DNA from: Macrostomum hystrix
Lineage: Eukaryota; Animalia; Platyhelminthes
DNA: 64,000 bases
Assembly: GCA_950097015.1 (NCBI GenBank)
Contig: CATNEN010000031.1
Location: 3,286,001 to 3,350,000 of the forward strand
Direction: 5' to 3'
The notes beneath the pieces are model-generated. The model was not told the DNA's origin. It ran no database searches and saw nothing but the letters and a program-made list of their open reading frames with translations. A program made the position numbers and the translations under genes. This document shows, in pieces, positions 36,517 through 63,500 of this stretch; the stretch's first letter is position 1, and each line of letters begins with the position of its first letter.

Positions 36517-39500
36517 TCACGGATACCTGTAGTCAGTGTAGTTGTCCTCTGTGGCTGGAAACGCCGGCTCAATGGGTTGAAAGCCACCCAGCTCGCTGCT
36601 TATCCTCTCCCGCTCGGCCAGGTAGTCAATGTCTGAGCAGCTGACGGCAGCCGCTGAGCTGCGACTAACGACAGATGCTTGACCCGGGAAAAGGGCGCGG
36701 TCGAGCGCTGCAGGTGAGGGTATAGGAGCGAAAAGGTTAGTGATGATTTCCGATTATCTGCCTTAGTTGCTATAAAAGCTGTACATAGCAATTTAAAATT
36801 GACCAGGTGACTTAAAATAGCTTTTTGCAGACCATTTGATCCTTCGAGCATTCGATTTAATCCACAGTGGCAAAGTCCAAGCGTTTCAGGCCGATTTTCA
36901 AGTTGTCTATGGCCAAAAGTATGACTGGATTTTGCCACCGTGGATTAAATCGAATGCTCGAAGGATCAAATAGTCTGCAAAAAGCTATAATTCAGCTAAT
37001 TCTAAAATCCAAATATAATTAGAAGGGCCACTTTAAGGCTCGCACTACCGAAGAAGCGCATACTTTCATGTGGACGCAAGTAATCAATATGGTTTCTGCT
37101 TTCAGGTTACATCATATTTCTGCTTACCTCAACTGAACAACGGTACGGTTTTTTTGCTGTACTTCTCTGCGCTTCTGTGCAAATATACGTATGCCTTTCA
37201 ACGACAGAACTGTACCTACCCTGCACTTGAAGCTGTACAGCCTGGAGATGACGCAGACAGCCCAGCAGCTCCTCCTGCAGCTGCCGGGGAGATCCGCTGG
37301 CAAGGCTACTTCCGCCGCCGCTGCCGCCTGGCCCGCCTTTGGCTGGGGTTGTTGGCGAAGGGCTCGGCGATAGACCGGCTGCCCCGTCCGCGCCTCCTCG
37401 CCGTAGCTTGGCCATTATGTCGTCGGTACATCGGCGCAGCTTCTGACTGAGCTGATGAAGGCTGCTCGCCAGCAGGTGAGCCTCGGTCTGCGGCCCCGGG
37501 GCTGCTGCCGTCGGGGACGGACTTTCAGCCACCTCGGTGAAGGCTGACCGTCTGGCGAGGTCCTGAAGTTGCGAACGGACAGATTTCAGGCTTCTCTAAC
37601 CTGAGTTCGAGAAAGTGACTAGCGTGCGAAAATCTCGGTGAAATGTTTAGACCCTGTAACAAGAGCTTCGGAATTTTGACACAATAAAAAATGTGTCCTT
37701 TAGCAATGCACCTCACTACCCAGTTGTAAAATTGGTGCCGGCATTAGCTGGGCTTGAAATTTGTCTTAATGTGGCGGCTTCCAGTTCACGGACTGAAAAG
37801 CTGTACAATTGGACTAGGTGTAATTTACACTCTTTACCTCTCGTCGGCCCAGACGGTCCAGGTCTCGTCGAAGATCGAAACCTCCGGGCAGACTGCTGCG
37901 CAACTTCAGCGAGTGCCTGCCGTACTCGAACCTTTGCAACTGCTGCTGCTGCTGCTGCTGATGCCTCCGAGGAGATCCCATAGCAGCCACCCCAGACAGA
38001 ACTGGCGCATGTCTTAAAGAGGACAGGCGGGTCAGTCTGGGTTCCGAGGTTCTTAGAAAGTGACTCTCCAGCTGGTGCAGAGCGTCGGCCGTGTCGCGCA
38101 AGAGGCCTGACGTGTCTGAAGTCTGGTCAGCCGAGGAGGCGCCGTCAACGCTATCGATGGATGTTGCCGCTGCAGAGGCCACCGCGGCTGCTGACTTCAT
38201 CTCCAGCTCCTTAGATTAAAAAACTGCCATGCATAAAGACGATGACTCATTTAAGCACCCATGGGATCTCTAGTCTATGGGAACTCTAGCTTCGATTCCA
38301 TTAGCTTGGATCTCTAGCTTCGATTCCATTAGCTGGGATCTCTAGCTTCGATTCCATTAGCTTGGATCTCTAGCTTCGATTCCATTAGCTAGGATCTCTA
38401 GCTTCCATTCCATTAGCTTGGATCTCTAGCTTCGATTCCATTAGCTTGGATCTCTAGCTTCGATTCCATTACCTTGGATCTCTAGATTCGATTCCATTAG
38501 CTTGGATCTCTAGCTTCGATTCCATTAGCTTGGATCTCTAGCTTCGATTCCATTAGCTTGGATCTCTAGCTTCGATTCCATTAGCTGGGATCTCTAGCTT
38601 CGATTCCATTAGCTGGGATCTCTAGCTTCCATTCCATTAGCTGGGATCTCTAGCTTCGATTCCATTATCTTGGATCTCTAGCTTCCATTCCATTAGCTGG
38701 GATCTCTAGCTTCCATTCCATTAGCTGGGATCTCTAGCTTCGATTCCATTATCTTGGATCTCTAGCTTCCATTCCATTAGCTGGGATCTCTAGCTTCCAT
38801 TCCATTAGCTTGGATCTCTAGCTTCGATTCCATTAGCTTGGATCTCTAGCTTCGATTCCATTAGCTTGGATCTCTAGCTTCGATTCCATTAGCTGGGATC
38901 TCTAGCTTCGATTCCATTAGCTGGGATCTCTAGCTTCCATTCCATTAGCTGGGATCTCTAGATTCCATTTCATTAGCTGGGATCTCTAGCTTCGATTCCA
39001 TTAGCTGGGATCTCTAGCTTCCATTCCATTAGCTGGGATCTCTAGCTTCGATTCCATTATCTTGGATCTCTAGCTACGATTCCTGCTCCTAGAGCCTTGG
39101 TTTCTAGGTACTGCGCTCTCTAGCTCACCCTACAATGAAATGCCTTTGTTCTGCGACCTGCATGTGGTCCACAGGTCTTACCTAAGCCAAATCTTGTCCA
39201 GATCCTAGATTTCCTGTCTAGGAACTGAAATTTTCTTTCTCAAGCAAATGACACACAGCGCCCTGTGTGCAGCCTAATTGCACGTCAGAAAAGTCCCCTC
39301 ACGAGAAAATATTGAATGGCTCGCTGCTTTTTTAGATTTACAGAGTCTCAGGTGCTGCTGCTGCTGATAGCAGCCAGGGAAAAAAATGATAATTGCTGGG
39401 AGCTTGCAGAGGCATTCTGCTTCTGCATCCTTTTGAGAACGTCGAAATTGGCTAGAAACGGAGAGTGCCGAGTTCCTGCCCTGCCTCACTAGGCAGTTTT

Positions 39501-42500
39501 CCTCTGCATTCCCAAAGTAAAATACAAATGGAATGAGGTCCGCAAGGTTCCGACCGCTATGATTTATTTAATTATCAGCCAGCATTCATTAACCACTAGT
39601 TTCCTACTATCAAAGTCCACTTCACTATTCATACTTCTAGCAAGTTGTGAAACAAGCAAGTAAAAGCCCTTTTAAACTTACATTCGTAAAAAAATTGCGT
39701 AACATATGAATTTTAGCCACCGGAAAATCAAAAGTATGCATACATCAGGCAGTGGAGAAACAAGGACTCAAACAGTACCACAAGGACAAGTCAAGAAAAA
39801 AATCCCTCTTTCCTCTGTCTCCTCCTCGCTAATCTTCTCCACTTTCTCTCCTCTGTCACTCTCTCTCCTCTTCCACTCTCTCTCCTCTGTCACTCTCTCT
39901 CCTCTGTCACTCTCTCTCCTCTGCCACTCTCTCTCCTCTGCCACTCTCTCTCCTCTGTCACTCTCTCTCCTCTGCCACTCTCTCTCCTCTGTCACTCTCT
40001 CTCTCCTCTGTCACACTCTCTCCTCTGTCACTCTCTCTCCTCTGCCACTCTCTCTCCTCTGTCACTCTCTCTCCTCTGTCACTCTCTCTCCTCTGTCACT
40101 CTCTCCTCTGCCACTCTCTCTCCTCTGCCACTCTCTCTCCTCTGTCACTCTCTCTCCTCTTCCACTCTCTCTCCTCTGTCACTCTCTCTCCTCTGTCACT
40201 CTCTCTCCTCTGTCACTCTCTCTCCTCTGTCACTCTCTCTCCTCTGCCACTCTCTCTCCTCTGTCACTCTCTCTCCTCTGCCACTCTCTCTCCTCTGTCA
40301 CTCTCTCTCCTCTGCCACTCTCTCTCCTCTGCCACTCTCTCTCCTCTGTCACTCTCTCTCCTCTGCCACTCTCTCTCCTCTGTCACTCTCTCTCTCCTCT
40401 GTCACACTCTCTCCTCTGTCACTCTCTCTCCTCTGCCACTCTCTCTCCTCTGCCACTCTCTCTCCTCTGCCACTCTCTCTCCTCTGTCACTCTCTCTCCT
40501 CTGCCACTCTCTCTCCTCTGTCACTCTCTCTCTCCTCTGTCACACTCTCTCCTCTGTCACTCTCTCTCCTCTGTCACTCTCTCTCCTCTGTCACTCTCTC
40601 TCCTCTGCCACTCTCTCTCCTCTGTCACTCTCTCTCCTCTGTCACTCTCTCTCCTCTGTCACTCTCTCTCCTCTGCCACTCTCTCTCCTCTGTCACACTC
40701 TCTCCTCTGTCACTCTCTCTCCTCTGTCACTCTCTCTCCTCTGTCACTCTCTCTCCTCTGTCACTCTCTCTCCTCTGCCACTCTCTCTCCTCTGTCACTC
40801 TCTCTCCTCTGCCACTCTCTCTCCTCTGTCACTCTCTCTCTCCTCTGTCACACGCCCAACTCTCCCACTGTCTTTCCTTTGTCACTCGCCAATCTCTCTC
40901 ACTCTCTTTCCTTTGTCACTCACCAATCTCTCTCACTCTCTTTCCTCTTTCACTCGCCAACATCTCTCCTTCATATCGCATTTTTCCTGGCCACCCCTGC
41001 TGCTATTTTCTTAATTTATTCACTCCTGTCTCAACTCCTGATGAGCGGCACCTAATTAATGAGCGTCGGAGCCTTGAATCCATCAGCAAACGCCTGTCAG
41101 CCTCTCCCTGGATTCAAACCGATTCAGACGGAATCAAGTGGTGATGATGGACGGCCGGGTGATTTATGAAAGTATTTTTTCTGTTCATTCATTATATTGG
41201 ATCATCGAGTGTAGTGAGAGAATCCAAAGACATAGCAAAAAAATCTGAGGCTACTAATTTCCCGATTATCTATGACTTTCCTGAATGCTCGCGACATAGA
41301 AGGAGAGAGTGACGAGAGACAGATGGAGAGAGTGACGAGAGACAGAAGGAGAGAGTGACGAGAGACAGAAGGAGAGAGTGACGAGAGACAGAAGGAGAGA
41401 GTGACGAGAGACAGAAGGAGAGAGTGACGAGAGACAGAAGGAGAGAGTGACGAGAGACAGAAGGAGAGAGTGACGAGAGACAGAAGCAGAGAGTGACGAG
41501 AGACAGAAGGAGAGAGTGACGAGAGACAGAAGGAGAGAGTGACGAGAGACAGAAGCAGAGAGTGACGAGAGACAGAAGCAGAGAGTGACGAGAGACAGAA
41601 GGAGAGAGTAACGAGAGACAGAAGGAGAGAGTGACGAGAGACAGAAGGAGAGAGTGACGAGAGACAGAAGCAGAGAGTGACGAGAGACAGAAGCAGAGAG
41701 TGACGAGAGACAGAAGGAGAGAGTGACGAGAGACAGAAGGAGAGAGTGACGAGAGACAGAAGGAGAGAGTGACGAGAGACAGAAGCAGAGAGTGACGAGA
41801 GACAGAAGCAGAGAGTGACGAGAGACAGAAGGAGAGAGTGACGAGAGACAGAAGCAGAGAGTGACGAGAGACAGAAGCAGAGAGTGACGAGAGACAGAAG
41901 GAGAGAGTGACGAGAGACAGAAGCAGAGAGTGACGAGAGACAGAAGGAGAGAGTGACGAGAGACAGAAGCAGAGAGTGACGAGAGACAGATGGAGAGAGT
42001 GACGAGAGACAGAAGGAGAGAGTGACGAGAGACAGATGGAGAGAGTGACGAGAGACAGAAGGAGAGAGTGACGAGAGACAGATGGAGAGAGTGACGAGAG
42101 ACAGAAGGAGAGAGTGACGAGAGACAGAAGCAGAGAGTGACGAGAGACAGAAGGAGAGAGTGACGAGAGACAGAAGGAGAGAGTGACGAGAGACAGATGG
42201 AGAGAGTGACGAGAGACAGATGGAGAGAGTGACGAGAGACAGAAGGAGAGAGTGACGAGAGACAGAAGGAGAGAGTGACGAGAGACAGAAGGAGAGAGTG
42301 ACGAGAGACAGAAGGAGAGAGTGACGAGAGACAGAAGGAGAGAGTGACGAGAGACAGAAGCAGAGAGTGACGAGAGACAGAAGGAGAGAGTGACGAGAGA
42401 CAGAAGGAGAGAGTGACGAGAGACAGAAGCAGAGAGTGACGAGAGACAGAAGCAGAGAGTGACGAGAGACAGAAGGAGAGAGTAACGAGAGACAGAAGGA

Positions 42501-45500
42501 GAGAGTGACGAGAGACAGAAGGAGAGAGTGACGAGAGACAGAAGGAGAGAGTGACGAGAGACAGAAGGAGAGAGTGACGAGAGACAGAAGCAGAGAGTGA
42601 CGAGAGACAGAAGCAGAGAGTGACGAGAGACAGAAGGAGAGAGTGACGAGAGACAGAAGGAGAGAGTGACGAGAGACAGAAGGAGAGAGTGACGAGAGAC
42701 AGAAGCAGAGAGTGACGAGAGACAGAAGCAGAGAGTGACGAGAGACAGAAGGAGAGAGTGACGAGAGACAGAAGCAGAGAGTGACGAGAGACAGAAGCAG
42801 AGAGTGACGAGAGACAGAAGGAGAGAGTGACGAGAGACAGAAGCAGAGAGTGACGAGAGACAGAAGGAGAGAGTGACGAGAGACAGAAGGAGAGAGTGAC
42901 GAGAGACAGATGGAGAGAGTGACGAGAGACAGAAGGAGAGAGTGACGAGAGACAGAAGCAGAGAGTGACGAGAGACAGAAGGAGAGAGTGACGAGAGACA
43001 GAAGGAGAGAGTGACGAGAGACAGATGGAGAGAGTGACGAGAGACAGATGGAGAGAGTGACGAGAGACAGAAGGAGAGAGTGACGAGAGACAGAAGGAGA
43101 GAGTGACGAGAGACAGAAGGAGAGAGTGACGAGAGACAGAAGGAGAGAGTGACGAGAGACAGAAGGAGAGAGTGACGAGAGACAGAAGGAGAGAGTGACG
43201 AGAGACAGAAGGAGAGAGTGACGAGAGACAGAAGGAGAGAGTGACGAGAGACAGAAGGAGAGAGTGACGAGAGACAGATGGAGAGAGTGACGAGAGACAG
43301 AAGGAGAGAGTGACGAGAGACAGAAAAGGAAGACAGTTGGGTGTACTTGCCTTTCTTAAAAAATTCTTTATCCCAACAATTACTCACATTTTTGAGTCGC
43401 AAAAAAGGTCTCCCAAAGAAGTCCATGAATTCCTATGCAGCAAGGCGTGCAAGTGTTTCTTTGTAACAGAGTAGTTACTTATCAATGAGATTTCGACACT
43501 AAAGTGTCGCTAGCGGGGGTCCGGGATGCTGAGGTTTTCTGAGACCGGACCTTTCTGGAATCTCTCTCCCAGACCCGGCCTCTCTTAATGCTATTTGCCT
43601 GCTCAGGACCCGGGTCGGGGGAGGAAGGAGAGAGCAGTGAGAGGGCGACTCCGGCTCAAGAATGCAGATTGGGGGAGTGACGGAGAGACTCGACACAGAA
43701 AAGGCGAATGGAGAAGGGGAAGAGAAAGCCTTTGCTTCCCGGATTTATGCTCTTTGGCAAAAACAACAGGAATAAGCTGCCAGCTGCCAGTCTCATCTCT
43801 CTCCCGTGTCTCATCTGTCTCCCGTGTCTCATCTCTCTCCTGTGTCTCATCTCTCCCATGTATCATCTCTCCCCTGTCCCATCTCTCCCGTGTCTCATGT
43901 CTCCTGTGTCTCATCTCTCCCATGTATCATCTCTCCCCTGTCCCATCTCTCCCGTGTCTCATCTCTCCCGTGTATCATCTCTCCAATGAATCCCATCTCT
44001 CCCGTGTCTAATCACTCCACTGAATCCAATCTCTCCCGTGTCTCATCTCTCCACTGAATCCCATCTCTCCAGTGTCTCATCTCTCCACTGAATCCAATCT
44101 CTCTCGTGTCTCATCTCTCCCTCAGTAGGACAGAGGGGCGAGTCCAGGCTCAAGAAGAAGGTTGGAGTATTGCAGAGGAACCGGAGGCATAGGGGAGGCG
44201 CACTGATCGTTGTGTGAGTTGGGGAGCGAGAAAGCCTTGGCATTCCCAAATTTCTGCTTTCCAGCATGAGCAGCGGGCCTGAGCTGGCAGTCTGGAAGAA
44301 TCGTGATCGGAAGGCAACTCAAGGATTTTATGGGATCTGAGCCGAGATGTTTTAATTCCGCATTAATTGCCTAACTCAGCCTGAGTTTGTCAGCAGTCAA
44401 CAGGCTGGCAGGTCAGCTAGCTCTAAGTAGGCGACCCTTCATGGCTTCTGATTGGCTGCGAATGCGAGAACTTTTTACTTGCTTGCATTCTAGAAATGGT
44501 ACCTTAGGCAGGCAGTCTCAACATGGCACAGGACTGCTACCTGTAATATCATGCTAAACCTACCTGTTAGAGATTGCAACCTTCCTGTTAGGTGGGGAGC
44601 CTACATATTTGACAGGGCACATAACTTTTAGACAAGGTAAATTACAATGTAGCACACTCAAATTTGAGTAAAACAAGAAGGCAATTAAAATCAGAATGTG
44701 ATAAAAAAGTTTCCCGAGGGTCACCTGATCTTCTTGCTCAGGCTGAGCCGGATCATCACCGGTGATGTGCTCATCGTCTAGGCCGTCGCTGCTGCCGACC
44801 TCCGAGATCGTGTAAGTGCCAGCCTCGCTAACAGCGTCTTGCTTGGCCTCGGCCTCCTGTTTGGCCTCCAAAACTTCGGTTTGGCCTTCGTCCTCCTCTC
44901 TCGGAGCCTCCCGCAGATCCTGCCGCTGATGCTTCGACGGCGCAACTGGACTGAAAATAAAAAAGGAGTAATGTAAGTGAAACTACTACTCGTTATTTGT
45001 TAGTAGCACGAACGCGCACGTTGAAACGAAAACTGTTTGCCGACCTTTGCCGAGTGTCGGTCCCCCGTCTCTGCTCTACGGCTGGTCCGCTAGCCAATAG
45101 GCGGTCAATGAGAAACTTTGTAGGCACGGAGCGGCAGCTAGACTGCTTCGACTCCTTAGCCATGGTCGACGGTCGCGACTGCTGCTGCGGCGACGCCTGA
45201 GGCACCAGTGACGGCGCGCTGCCTCGCCGCAGCTGCTGCAGGCGGCTCTGCGGCAGGCCGGGCGGCTGATACAGCTTGGTCGGCTGCTGTTGAGGCGCTC
45301 GGCCCATCGAGTTGCGCATCGGGCCGACGGCGGCAGGAGCAGCCGCTGGCCGAGGGGTTGATCTGGCGACGCGGCGCTGATGATCGCGCTCCTGGAAGAC
45401 CCGCTGAAGCCGCTGAGGCACAAAGCTGCTCAGACTGTTGCCAACATCCAAGACGCTGCCGGGACCGGAGCCGCTGCTGCCAGCATCGTTGGAGTCATCC

Positions 45501-47961
45501 AGCGTTGTCAGCGGCACCAAGAAGGCTTCGGGCTGGCGCGGAAACGGAGGCGGCGACGTCGTCTGATGCGGCGCCTTCGAGTTGGCGGCACGTTGTTTGC
45601 ATTATAAAAAAATACCAAAGTTAATTAAACTTGCTATCCTAGGCTACTGCTAGTAGATATTAGGGAAATGTACATTTTTCAAGCTAATTACAGTAACGAC
45701 ATGAATTGTGTCTGATACGTTGCCCGTTCGAATAATAAAAACGCTATAAATTAATTAATAAAAGTAACCTCACCACAATCGGTCGCGAGCCCTGTTTGTA
45801 AGGCTGTTGCTGCTGCTGCTGCTGCTGCGGCTGCTTTCTGGTGCTCCTAGAAGATGGTGGCGCCTCGTCCACATCGGCATCGTCCATTCCCCACCAGTCG
45901 GGCTGCCCATAGAGCTCTGGTTCCAAAATTATGAGAAAATGATTACCACGTCTGCCACTATATATTTTCAAAATCTTTTTAGATCCAAAGCGATTTAGTG
46001 CGCGATTTTCATATTTTTTCCTTTATTCTTGCGCACCTTTTATCTTCTTCTGGTCGACGCTTCTTGAACAGGCTCTGCCAGAGTGAGTTCGCGCCGAGGT
46101 AAGCAAAGCACCAGCGGCACAGCCCTGCACGGAGTTTGTTTCTAGATAATTATTCCTTGAATGCGAATGCAAAGATAGACGAGGCCAGCAAACAGGTCAT
46201 TACTGCAGGCAACCAGTGGACAACATTTAAGTGAAAAAACTGGACAGAATGAACTCAGAAATAACAAAACAAAGTTTAGAGTGCCGCTAAGATTAGTACA
46301 CTTGTCTATTCTTACTGTGAAAGTAACGTGCCGTTAAAAAACATTCAGGGGTTGCTTGTCTAGACGAACCATAATGGGTGCAGTTGGCAAGGGAGAAAGT
46401 GAGGGGTGTAAAGTCCATTTAAGGTTGTAAGATAGACAGGAAATGAGGTGGATGCATTGGGTAAAGGGATAAATGAGACAGGCCGGAGCGAGGTGGGTGC
46501 AGTGGTTATGCGGGTAAGAGAGACAAGGAGTGAGGTGGGTGCAGTGGATGAGGGGAAAAATTAGACAGGGAGTGGGGTGGGTAAGGCGGTTAATGGGGCG
46601 TGAAGAGTCAGTGCAGGACAGGCTGGTGGTCAAGCCAAGCAATGCGAGACTCATCAGTAGGTGATTTAGGGGTAGGCAGTGAGCAGACGATCTGTGCTCA
46701 GGGAGGCTGTTAAACAAACCTTGCAATAGACTCATAGTCCATTAAAATAACGTCGACTGCTCAGCACTATAAGGAATAGGGCAACGTTTTAGCTTTTAAA
46801 CAACTAAGTAAGCGCTAAAAAAGATTCGATAATTTCACAGAAACAAGACTGCAATTAAAGCAAAATGTAAGTGAATGATCCCCTTGCAGATCCCACCAGC
46901 TCACTGGACACTCGGAGCTCTGTGGTAGCCGACTCCGCTGCCACCGGCCGCGTTCCACTGGCCTGGTGGAGGCGGCCTTCGCCGCCCAGGCCGGCGGGTC
47001 GGGCAACTCCAGCCGCTGAGTGGAGGCGGCGAACCTGGCCACCCGGAGTCCGGCTGGCTCCCGGCCGAAACGCAAACTGTCGTCGGCCTCCAGGACGGCG
47101 CCGGAAGTCGCGTCGTTGCCAGCCGATTCATTACCAATCCGGCGATTGTTGACAAATGTCTGCGTAGGTTTTCGGTTGGTCGAAAAAGGCAAGACGTAAA
47201 AGAAGAAAAAAACATCTCTCCCCTGTCTCATCTCTCCCCTGTCTCATCTCTCCCCTGTCTCATCTCTCACCTGTCTCAACTCTCCCGTCTCAACTCTCCC
47301 CTGTCTCAACTCTCCCCTGTCTCAACTCTCCCCTGTCTCATCTCTCCCCTGTCTCATCTCTCTCCTGTCTCATCTCTCCCCTGTCTTATCTCTCTCCTGT
47401 CAATCTGGCCAGCATTTTCTATTTTAAAGTTTTGATCTTTTTGGCTCGCGTTGCATATCAGGTTGCTGACCCCCTGAAAAGGTACATGGCTCTACCAGTC
47501 GGCGGGTGTCTGACTGATAAGCGAGTCGCGGAACACCGAATCGCTCACCCCCTCAGCTGAGCCCAGGTCTTTCAGTCGGTGGCGCTGCAGGCTGGGATCA
47601 AAGGTCACCAGGGCGTGCCTGGGTTCAACAGTTGCCGACTGCAATTGCAAGGGTTCCGAATCGGGACATCAGGAACGTATGAGCTTCGCATAGGAGCCCA
47701 AGAATGAAAGTGGAGAAAAATCTAAATATTGAACTCGCAAACTCGATTGCAAAAATCTCCAATAAAACATTTTTATGACATCTATGGGACAGTACATACA
47801 CTAATCAAAGTTCAAACCTTTATCTGCAATTGGCAGTCTGAGCGACCAATCAGAAACGTGCCATCCTGCGACAGCCAGTATCTGCCTCCCTGGGAGTCGA
47901 CCAGGCACCAGACCGTTTGGTCGGCCGTCTCACTTGCTGATGAGGCCAGCAAGCCAGCTTC
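36517..47961 (-). CDS. CEP170: CEP170/CEP170B-like centrosomal protein with N-terminal FHA domain (multi-exon; middle exons incompletely resolved; no genomic ATG found for the first exon)
   Basis: Phase-consistent exons: 47961-47818, 47638-47549, 47159-46905, 46124-46037, 45916-45774, 45562 (or 45574)-45045, 44950-44725, 38209-37838, 37562-37220, 36707-36517. Candidate extra exons at 41107-41052 and 39224-39129 are uncertain. FHA motifs: WCLVDSQG, LIGRSDC, HAL..LKDLGS.EG|TFVN..LRFG. Family motifs: LYGQPDWWG, FPRQPEAF, SEAGTYTI, DTSGLLRDT. Confidence 0.8.
36817..36988. mobile_element. MITE-like hairpin in the last CEP170 intron
   Basis: 63-bp inverted arms (36817-36879 and 36926-36988) with 3 mismatches and a 46-bp spacer. 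Confidence 0.7.
38280..39080. repeat. Minisatellite, 28-bp unit GCTTCGATTCCATTAGCTTGGATCTCTA (~28 units), CEP170 intron
   Basis: Period 28 (38289 to 38317). Confidence 0.95.
39820..40850. repeat. Pyrimidine-rich minisatellite, ~17-bp unit CTCTGTCACTCTCTCTC
   Basis: Direct inspection; 17-aa period per 3 units in the ORF track. Confidence 0.95.
41295..43325. repeat. Purine-rich minisatellite, 23-bp unit GGAGAGAGTGACGAGAGACAGAA (~88 units)
   Basis: Direct inspection; variants GAAG/GAAC/GATG. Confidence 0.95.
43790..44120. repeat. ~16-bp minisatellite TCTCATCTCTCCC(C/G)TG; second array of the same family at 47215-47400
   Basis: Same unit and orientation in two different CEP170 introns. Confidence 0.85.
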
Positions 47962-49274
47962 CTGAATAGTTACAGTAATATCCCGTTGTAGCCTACTGCT
48001 GTCAGTTTATATTTATGAAACATTTAATAATGCTCAAAATTGTCATATATGTACTTAGGTCTTGATTATAAATAAGTTTTCAGAACTTGTTTATCATCGT
48101 TAACTAATTAAATATTTTCTGGACATACAAACAGAAATAAAAAGTATGCAAAACATTTTTTTGATTTCCTTATAATGGTTTAATAATGTCAAAATAATTT
48201 TTTTTGTTAAATTTTATGTGTTATTTATTACAACTTGAATAATACAAACTTTAATTTTTCGTCTTTTGCGATTGAATTAACTATCAAAATGTACCCTTGG
48301 ATTGTATTTCATGAATGGACCGCTATTATGTTACAGAAGAATATGTGGACGCAGCTTTGCGTATATAATTAAAATATTAATGTCATATTTTACACAGTGA
48401 AAACGTTGCTGTGAGAATTTTAATGCAAGTTCTTTTTATTTTGCTGCACTAAACCATAAAAATCATTCCGTTTTTATGCGCAAAATAAAAAGTATTTATA
48501 TATATATAAACAATATTCATGAGCGCTATAAATTAAATGAACGCAGGAAACAAAAAATGATTATAAGTTATGTTTCTAGCTAACTATCTATATAGGGCCG
48601 ATGGGCATTTTTGTGAGAATTGAGTTCTAATCGGTACAATAGAACATAAAAAAACATGACATAACAGTTCAAGTCAGATTTAATATCTGGTAGTCTGTAA
48701 AAACATCTTTAGGGATTCATGAATTATTAGCTTAACTAGGTCTTAATATCGTTGTTGCATAGCGCTTTTTAATTAGTTTTAATTGCTCATATCTTTAAGC
48801 AAAATTCAAGCAAAAAGACACACTTTGTTATAATCCAAAAAGAGACGGATTGTCGTCCTTTATTAGTAGGTTGCATAAACCTAGATCGAGTAAATGTTCA
48901 AGCATAAATTCGAGCTTAAAACGAGTTAACTCATAAAAAACTTTTAGCTTATCAATAAAGCCATATCTTTTATTTAAACTACTTACTATTGCATTGTTGA
49001 GTGTATATAAGTTAGTTAACTGAGAGTTGCATGTTAATTAGACAGGCAAAGAATTTTCAATCAATAAGTGAACAATAATTATCGAACGACTTTATGTAAA
49101 GTACGAGAATAAGAAATGTTGGCAAAAAATTCGCAGAAAATATTTTTATCAACGTTGGTGTTAACATCGTGCACATTACGATTCGCTGGAGAACGCGGCA
49201 GTACTACGAGTATTTAGTAGACAGCTAAGGGTGTGTTCTGGAGCTGTACTAAAATGTACAACAGTTTTTTATTT

Positions 49275-61895
<12,621 letters not shown>

Positions 61896-61898
61896 CTA

Positions 61899-63500
61899 GC
61901 CAACAATCACATTCCCTAACAATCACATTCCCCAGCTATAACATTCCCAACAATCACATTCCCTAACAATCACATTCCCCAGCTATAACATTCCCAACAA
62001 TCACATTCCCTAACAATCACATTCCCCAGCTATAACATTCCCAACAATCACATTCCCTAACAATCACATTCCCCAGCAATTCATTCCCCAGCAATCAGAT
62101 TCCATAACAATCACATTCCCCAGCAATCACATTCCATAACAATCACATTCCCCAGCAATCACATTCCATAACAATCACATTCCATAACAATCACATTCCA
62201 TAACAATCACATTCCATAACAAACACATTCCATAACAATCACATTCCATAACAATCACATTCCCCAGCAATCACATTCCCTAACAATCACATTCCCCAGC
62301 TATAACATTCCCTAACAATCACATTCCCCAGCTATAACATTCCCTAACAATCACATTCCCAAGCAATCACATTCCAAAACAATCACATTCCATAACAATC
62401 ACATTCCCCAGCAATCACATTCCCTAACAATCACATTCCCCAGCAATCACATTCCATAACAATCACATTCCATAACAATCACATTCCATAACAATCACAT
62501 TCCATAACAATCACATTCCATAACAATCACATTCCATGACAATCACATTCCCCAGCAATCACATTCCCTAACAATCACATTCCCCAGCTATAACATTCCC
62601 AACAATATCATTCCCCAGCTATAACATTCCCAACAATCACATTCTCTAACAATATCATTCCCCAACAATCACATTCGCCAGCAATCACATTCCCCAGCAA
62701 TCACATTCCCTAACAATCACATTCCCCAGCTAGCTCGTATAACATTCCCAACAATATCATTCCCCAGCTATAACATTCCCAACAATCACATTCCCTAAAA
62801 ATAACATTCCCAGCAATCACATTCCACAACAATAGCATTCCCTAACAATCACATTCCATAACAATCACATTCACCAGCAATCACATTCCATAACAATCAC
62901 ATTCACCAGCAATCACATTCCCTAACAATCACATTCCCCAGCTAGCTCGTATAACATTCCCAACAATATCATTCCCCAGCTATAACATTCCCAACAATCA
63001 CATTCCCTAAAAATAACATTCCCAGCAATCACATTCCACAACAATAGCATTCCCTAACAATCACATTCCATAACAATCACATTCACCAGCAATCACATTC
63101 CATAACAATCACATTCACCAGCAATCACATTCTCCAGCAATCACATTCTCCAGCAATCACATTCCATAACAATCACATTCCCCAGCAATCACATTCCCTA
63201 ACAATCACATTTCCCAGCAATCACATTCCCAGCAATCACATTCCATAACAATAACATTCCCAGCAATCACATTCCATAACAATAACATTCCCAGCAATCA
63301 CATTCCATAACAATAACATTCCCAGCAATCACATTCCATAACAATAACATTCCCAGCAATCACATTCCATAACAATAACATTTCCAGCAATCACATTCCC
63401 TAACAATCACATTCCCAGCAATCACATTCCCTAACAATCACATTCACCAGCAATCACATTCCCAGCAATCACATTCCATAACGATAACATTCCCCAACAA
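61899..63500. repeat. 16-17-bp minisatellite AACAATCACATTCCC(T/C/A), ~95 units
   Basis: Direct inspection; abuts the acceptor of the first visible RasGRP exon. Confidence 0.95.

Noticed and set aside
39706-43426. 449-aa and 718-aa Leu/Ser-rich ORFs
   Set aside because: Stop-free translations of the 17-bp and 23-bp arrays inside a CEP170 intron.
43440-44400. Exon-like GC-rich patches flanking the 16-bp array
   Set aside because: Candidate frames hit stops or lack consistent donors, and the CEP170 model is in phase without them. Their origin is unresolved.
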